Source: Oligoflexales bacterium (GTDB taxonomy: Bacteria > Bdellovibrionota_B > Oligoflexia > Oligoflexales > JAPPIL01). From it: a stretch of 64,000 nucleotides of DNA. The stretch covers positions 224,001-288,000 of the forward strand of contig OZ244057.1 of NCBI GenBank assembly GCA_965215515.1. Direction: 5' to 3'. Positions within the stretch are counted from its first letter, which is position 1; every line of letters begins with the position of its first letter. Shown here one piece after another: positions 58,942-64,000 of the stretch. Position numbers and translations under genes: made by a program. The notes beneath the pieces are model-generated. The model searched no databases and had not been told where the DNA came from. It worked only from the letters and a program-made list of their open reading frames with translations.

Positions 58942-59035
58942 GCACTCTCAAAGCCTGGTGATCCCTGCCTGGCAGTTTTGAAGCACTACCGTGCCGCACT
59001 GAAAATCATCGTTACCAGCACCTGCGAACGGCGGA
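58942..59035 (+). repeat. Right copy of ~95-bp direct repeat; contains the 3' end of 58986..59909
   Basis: gcactctcaaagcc...gaacggcgga. Confidence 0.95.
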
Positions 59036-59909
59036 AGGTGATGTTGAGGGCGAGGTCGGTAGCTTCCTTGTGCAGCAACAGTTGGCGATGAAAGGGCGAT
59101 ACCCACAGCATCGTCAACGCTGCGGGTAGGGTATGTGCACGGGCACGGTTTTCACCGAGTAAACGACGGTTCTGCCGTAGCAGACTGTTCTTGAGCGCGG
59201 ATAGTTCCATGCGATCGTGAATCACACTGAAACGCGTCGTCTGCGGAGTAGTTTGGCTACGCAGTGCGGCAAGGTGCATTTTTTGTCGCACGGTATTTAC
59301 CCACGCATGCGTGCTTTGCCGTTCCTGACCACGAGCTGGCGGGGGTGGCAAGTGCGGAGCAGAAAAAGCGGGATTGCCACGGGGGAAGATATACAGCAGC
59401 CGCGGCCCTGTGCGCAGCGGCTGGTGCGACAGGCAACGCACAGCTGCCACACCCGTCCCTCGCTGCGGCAATATCAAACTCTGTCCTCGGATTGCCAACG
59501 GCTGCGGTAAGTACCAGCCACTGGCAGCATACATCGCCTGCAGCGCACGACAGTAACGCGCTAACCCTGCGGACAGCCGCACCGTGCTGCCGTCATGTTG
59601 CGGAGCATAGGGGGCGGAGACGGTCAGTACCCAGCTGTGTCCTGCGGCACAGCTGCCATAGGCATAGCCTGCGTTGCCTTCCCGCATCGCCTGTGCACGG
59701 GCGAGCTGGGCGGCGTGTGGTGTGCTGCGTTGCGTGTGCACGGTGAGCAGCGTGTCGTAGATGCCTGCCTGCCACAGTGCCCGTGTGTCGTGACGGCGAG
59801 CACAGACGAGTGTTTGTGCTTTGACCTGCAAATCTTGCCGCAGCCGCGGCTGTGCGTGGAGCGAACTCGCAATACCTAGGCAGATAACGAGAGGCCAGAC
59901 GCAGTTCAC
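58986..59909 (-). CDS. Secreted hypothetical protein, CAP/SCP-like C-terminus possible
   Basis: Signal peptide; GENRA..WVSPFHRQLLL; overlaps the upstream stop. Confidence 0.7.
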   Translation of the reverse strand: MNCVWPLVICLGIASSLHAQPRLRQDLQVKAQTLVCARRHDTRALWQAGIYDTLLTVHTQRSTPHAAQLARAQAMREGNAGYAYGSCAAGHSWVLTVSAPYAPQHDGSTVRLSAGLARYCRALQAMYAASGWYLPQPLAIRGQSLILPQRGTGVAAVRCLSHQPLRTGPRLLYIFPRGNPAFSAPHLPPPPARGQERQSTHAWVNTVRQKMHLAALRSQTTPQTTRFSVIHDRMELSALKNSLLRQNRRLLGENRARAHTLPAALTMLWVSPFHRQLLLHKEATDLALNITFRRSQVLVTMIFSAAR

Positions 59910-61054
59910 TGACTGGACAACTGCTTGAAAATGGTGCTCAGCTGCATGTTAGTGGTGCCTTCGTAGAGCTGGCCGATTTTGGCATCGCGGTAGAACTTTT
60001 CCGCGGGAAATTCTTTGATAAAACCATAACCACCGTAAACTTCCAGTGCCTGCGAAGCGACTTTCTCTGCCACTTGTGAACTGAAATACTTCGCCATAGC
60101 AGCCTCCTTGGTGAACGGCAAACCGCGTTCACGCAAGCGTGCGACGTTGTAGACCAGCAGGCGGGTCGCCTCGATGTCGGTAGCAAGCTCTGCCAGCTTG
60201 AACTGCACCGCTTGAAACTTGTCGAGTGTTTGTCCGAACTGACTGCGTTCTGTCGCATAAGCCATCGCTCCTTGCCACGCTCCCTGTGCCAAACCCAGCA
60301 TCTGGGCAGCGATTCCGATACGCCCCTCGTTGAGGGTTTCGATGGCAATCTTGTATCCTTTCCCCACCTCGCCGATAACGTTGCTACGCGGTACCCTGAC
60401 CTCATCCAAGATTACCTCGCACGTCGAAGAAGCACGGATGCCTAGTTTGGTTTCTTTTTTGCCGAGAGTGAGGCCAGCCGTGCCTTTCTCGACGACGAAG
60501 GCGGTGATCCCACGATAACCACGGCTAAAATCGACGTTGGCAAAGACGATAAACAGCGAAGCTTCACCTGCGTTGGTGATGAAGATTTTTTTGCCGTTGA
60601 GGATGTAATCGCTGCCCTCGGCGGTGGCACGGCACTGTAAAGCAAAAGCATCCGAGCCAGAGACAGGCTCGGTCAGGCAATAACAGCCGATGGCTTCTGT
60701 AGCGAGGCGGGGGTAGAAGGTCTGCTGCTGTTCGGGTGTCCCCCAGCGTTGAAAAACATTGTTGACCAACGTGTTCTGGACATCGACGATGACTCCCGCT
60801 GCGGCATCTGTGCACGACAAAGCCTCGATCGCCAGCAGTGCCATAAAGAAAGTGCCACCTGCCCCACCGAATTTAGTCGGTATCTCGATTCCCATCAAAC
60901 CTAATTCAAAAAAACTCCTCAGTAAGTCAGGGCGAAACTGCTCCTGCTCGTCCATCGCGGCAACGGCGGGAGCGAGACGCTGCTGGGCAAGCTTCGTAAC
61001 TTCCCGCCTGAACAACTGCTCGTCATCGGATAGCACTGTCAACGGCTCAGCCAT
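59906..61054 (-). CDS. Acyl-CoA dehydrogenase
   Basis: CLTEPVSGSD, LNGKKIFITN, KLGIRASST, RDAKIGQLYEGT; ATG 61054. Confidence 0.96.
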   Translation of the reverse strand: MAEPLTVLSDDEQLFRREVTKLAQQRLAPAVAAMDEQEQFRPDLLRSFFELGLMGIEIPTKFGGAGGTFFMALLAIEALSCTDAAAGVIVDVQNTLVNNVFQRWGTPEQQQTFYPRLATEAIGCYCLTEPVSGSDAFALQCRATAEGSDYILNGKKIFITNAGEASLFIVFANVDFSRGYRGITAFVVEKGTAGLTLGKKETKLGIRASSTCEVILDEVRVPRSNVIGEVGKGYKIAIETLNEGRIGIAAQMLGLAQGAWQGAMAYATERSQFGQTLDKFQAVQFKLAELATDIEATRLLVYNVARLRERGLPFTKEAAMAKYFSSQVAEKVASQALEVYGGYGFIKEFPAEKFYRDAKIGQLYEGTTNMQLSTIFKQLSSQ

Positions 61055-61165
61055 ACCGCCCCCTCGCTTATGCTCCCTGCATTTTAGCATACTTCCTGGC
61101 ACAAAACACACACTCCGATCTGTGTCGCTGGTGTGTTGCCTGCCGTGTCGATCGTTTCCTTACCC

Positions 61166-62749
61166 TCAAACGCACGAGGCGCTAGCCTTTTGCCCTCCAT
61201 CCTTTATCGTCCAGCCACGTGCGACCAAAGCGGCTCTCGCCTCTGCCGCGGCTGCGTCGTATTGGGTATCTCCGACATCGAGCGGAAGCGGTTGGCGTTG
61301 GTGATCGCTGCACATGTGACTCGCCTTTTGAACGGAGGTTGTGGCGATGCGTATCAACATCTGGGTGTAGTTGGCAGACGAGAGAGTCATGTCCCGAAAC
61401 ATGTCGGAGTAGCACCAGACTTTGCCGAAATCCCACCCTGACATGTCGGGGTCAGCCTGCCGTGCATGTGCGAACATCGAGCGCATGTCGGCAACGCGTG
61501 CGGTGCTCCAGTTACTGACATCGGGGTCAGCGTGCGGTGCTTGCGCAAACATGCCTCGCATGCTCGTGACGTTCGCGGTGTTCCAGTTGCTGACATCGGG
61601 GTCAGCGAGCGTGGCATCGGCAAACATCATCGCCATGTATTTTACTTTGCTCGTATCCCACCTGCTGACATCGGGGTTGGCGGAAACCGCCTTGTTGAAC
61701 AACAGGTACATATTGACGACGTTCGCGGTGTTCCAGTTGCTGACATCGGGATCGGCGGCACGGGCATTACCGAACAGTGAGCTCATGTCTTCTACCTGTG
61801 CGGTGTTCCAGTTGCTGACATCGGGATCGGCATAGACGGTGTCGCTGAATAGCGACCGCATGGTGGTCACCTTGCTCGTGTTCCAGTTGCTGACATCGGG
61901 GTCAGCAGTCTTTGCCTCCTGAAACACCCCCCACATGCTAGTCACGGCGGAGGTATCCCAAGCACTGACATCGGGGTCAGCATGCGGTGCTTGCGCAAAC
62001 ATGCGGTCGATCTTGGTCACGGCGGAGGTATCCCAAGCACTGACATCGGGGTTGGCAGCCTTCGCATCGTAGAACATCCACCCCATCAACAGCACGTTGC
62101 TCGTGTCCCAACGACTGACTTCAGGGTTGGCGGCCTCGGTGTAGGCGAACATCCAGCTCAGGTCGATGACCGAGCTTGTGTCCCAACGGCTAACATCGGG
62201 ATCGGCGACCAGCGTGTTGCTGAACATGCTGCGCAGCGATGTGACCTTGCTCGTATCCCAGTCTCTCGTCTCAGGCATCGCGATGCGTGCACCCGCAAAC
62301 ATTTTGGTCATATCGACAACCTCGCTGATGTCGCCTCCCACCACCGTTTCCAGTTGCCGACAGCCACTGAATGCACCTTGCAAACTCTTCCAGCCCACGT
62401 CACCCAAGGCGGGCACAGCCGTAATCATATGGGTGGTGTATGACGCTTCTCCCGCATCCCAGGCCTCGATCAGACCACGGCTGCTGACGGTATACTTACC
62501 CGCTCTCTCGTAAGTGTGTCGTGCGTCGAGATCGTCGTGGGCGGTGATCGCCTGCGGTGGCGTGCCATCACCCCAATCGACGATGAAATAGTAGTTGAAG
62601 CTAGGGGGTAACGGCAACTGCACCCTGCGGCGTTGCTCCGTAATCTCCCACTCAAAGACAAAAGGTCTGTCCATCACGCCGAGTACCGTCCCCTCGGGCT
62701 CAGCACAGCTAACCAGGCCAGCCAGTAACACACACAGGCACAACCGCAT
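61166..62749 (-). CDS. BspA/DUF285-type LRR lipoprotein; paralog of 1829..3211
   Basis: LVSC lipobox, VDWGDG, about twelve 25-aa repeats with near-identical 75-bp DNA units. Confidence 0.9.
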   Translation of the reverse strand: MRLCLCVLLAGLVSCAEPEGTVLGVMDRPFVFEWEITEQRRRVQLPLPPSFNYYFIVDWGDGTPPQAITAHDDLDARHTYERAGKYTVSSRGLIEAWDAGEASYTTHMITAVPALGDVGWKSLQGAFSGCRQLETVVGGDISEVVDMTKMFAGARIAMPETRDWDTSKVTSLRSMFSNTLVADPDVSRWDTSSVIDLSWMFAYTEAANPEVSRWDTSNVLLMGWMFYDAKAANPDVSAWDTSAVTKIDRMFAQAPHADPDVSAWDTSAVTSMWGVFQEAKTADPDVSNWNTSKVTTMRSLFSDTVYADPDVSNWNTAQVEDMSSLFGNARAADPDVSNWNTANVVNMYLLFNKAVSANPDVSRWDTSKVKYMAMMFADATLADPDVSNWNTANVTSMRGMFAQAPHADPDVSNWSTARVADMRSMFAHARQADPDMSGWDFGKVWCYSDMFRDMTLSSANYTQMLIRIATTSVQKASHMCSDHQRQPLPLDVGDTQYDAAAAEARAALVARGWTIKDGGQKASASCV

Positions 62750-62965
62750 CTCGAACTCCATGCAATGCTCACCAATTGGTAGTGGAAGCATTATAGCACT
62801 GCGGGTAGAAAATTGAAAACTTTGTTTTCAGCTTTCAACAGCAGACGAGAGCGACCTCCAGTCAGCGATGACAAAATAAAAGGCAAGGCGTAAACTTTTC
62901 TCGTATTATTCGTGTTTGTTTGGTGGTAAAATGACGCAGTAGTATTTACGCCACAAGGGTTCTGT

Positions 62966-64000
62966 ATGGCAGTGCTCCGCCTGCTTGCTCTGTTTTCGTT
63001 GTGGTGCGTTGCTGCGTCTGTGTCAGCGCTGCCGATCGGTTTCCGTGTTAAACAGGGCGATCTTGTTTACAAGCAACTCAAGCAACGTGACTTTCGTTTT
63101 TTGTTCGACCAGCGCACTGAGCGGGAGGCTCGTTTTTTGCTGCACACGGCGATCAGGGCCAAGCCCATTCTCGATGCTTGGTTTTATCAACAACGCCGTA
63201 AGCCTCTACTGATTACCTCCTCGGCGGTCACCAGCAATGCTTCGTTTGCTAATTTTGTCACCGATGGGATTGAACTACAGACGCTCGGTCGTGGCAACCG
63301 TGACTTACTGCTTCACGAGTATGTGCACATGCAGATGTTTCTCTATCTCGACAATTTTTTTGGCCCCGCGGGAGCGATTGTACATCTGCCGTGGTTGCCC
63401 GCGTGGTGGATCGAAGGTTTGGCAGAAGTTCTCACCGTTTCGGCAGGCTCTGCGGTGCATCACGGCATCGAGCGGTATCAGGCATTGCACGATGATTTTC
63501 TCACCTACGAGCAACTGCACAGCCTGTATGAGGTTTCGTTTCAGTACCGCGGCTATAGCACGGCGGGGCGTTTTTTCAACTATCTGTTCGGTCATTTTCG
63601 TGCCCCCACGGTATTACGTGATTTGCACGAAGAGTTTTATGCTCAAGCTATGCCCTGGCTATGGCCGATAACACTTGTGCCTTTCGTCGCTTGGTTGCCG
63701 CTCGATGTGGTGCTTAAACGCCACACAGGTGCGAGCGGGCGAGAGCTGTATCGACAGTATGTCGCGGCCCAGAAAAAATACTGGCAAGCACAGCGGCCGC
63801 CTGTTTTACTCGCGTCTAAGCGGGGCAAGCGGCTTTTTTTCGGCAGTCTTAGCACACTGCAAAGTTACCGTGGCCAGTTGCGCACGTTGCTATCCAACGA
63901 TGACTATGTCTATGCGGCCCGTGTCATCTTCGATGCCGACACGGGTTTTGCGCGTGCAGTGCAGGCGACCGACAACCAGTTGCCTGCTGACAGGGTGGAG
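62966..64000 (+). CDS. Secreted gluzincin-type Zn-peptidase domain protein, runs off the window
   Basis: Not in the ORF track; hand translation of the 5' half gives MAVLRLLALF signal peptide, LLHEYVH...WWIEGLAE. Confidence 0.8.
   Translation, partial: MAVLRLLALFSLWCVAASVSALPIGFRVKQGDLVYKQLKQRDFRFLFDQRTEREARFLLHTAIRAKPILDAWFYQQRRKPLLITSSAVTSNASFANFVTDGIELQTLGRGNRDLLLHEYVHMQMFLYLDNFFGPAGAIVHLPWLPAWWIEGLAEVLTVSAGSAVHHGIERYQALHDDFLTYEQLHSLYEVSFQYRGYSTAGRFFNYLFGHFRAPTVLRDLHEEFYAQAMPWLWPITLVPFVAWLPLDVVLKRHTGASGRELYRQYVAAQKKYWQAQRPPVLLASKRGKRLFFGSLSTLQSYRGQLRTLLSNDDYVYAARVIFDADTGFARAVQATDNQLPADRVE

Noticed and set aside
52861..59035. Prophage or ICE integrated at tRNA-Arg
   Set aside because: No duplicated tRNA 3' end found and no intact integrase, phage or conjugation genes
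62985..63855. Short ORFs at the window end
   Set aside because: Explained by the plus-strand peptidase gene starting at 62966

Overview
A 64-kb window of a moderately GC-rich bacterial chromosome; the gene content suggests a Bdellovibrionota/Oligoflexia-like or deltaproteobacterial organism, possibly host-associated (inference only). The housekeeping backbone includes ribD, serB, htpG, an M16 peptidase, lpxH-acpP-rpiB-glyA, tolQRAB, two GCS2 ligases, NAD-GDH, guaD, lptF/G, serS, mdh, rplS, a frameshifted mqnC-like radical SAM gene, three tRNAs and an acyl-CoA dehydrogenase. Three plastic zones interrupt it, each with an Rpn (YhgA-like PD-(D/E)XK) gene. (1) 5.2-7.0 kb: a solo rpn gene between 269-bp near-identical direct repeats. 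(2) 12.1-20.6 kb: rpn, an IS200/IS605 element with a dead tnpB, an rpn fragment, and a ~1050-aa Cys-rich type IV pilin plus a metalloprotease-ankyrin lipoprotein, all bracketed by a 0.9/1.4-kb inverted duplication. (3) 53-59 kb, after tRNA-Arg: an MTase-nuclease fusion, an ASCH gene, rpn between ~70-bp diverged direct repeats, a recombinase fragment, and a type II R-M pair between ~95-bp direct repeats. The most notable signal is recurrent insertion of nuclease cassettes with long target duplications and no IS ends. CCGG appears strongly depleted across the window. All calls are by eye from the sequence; no database searches were run.
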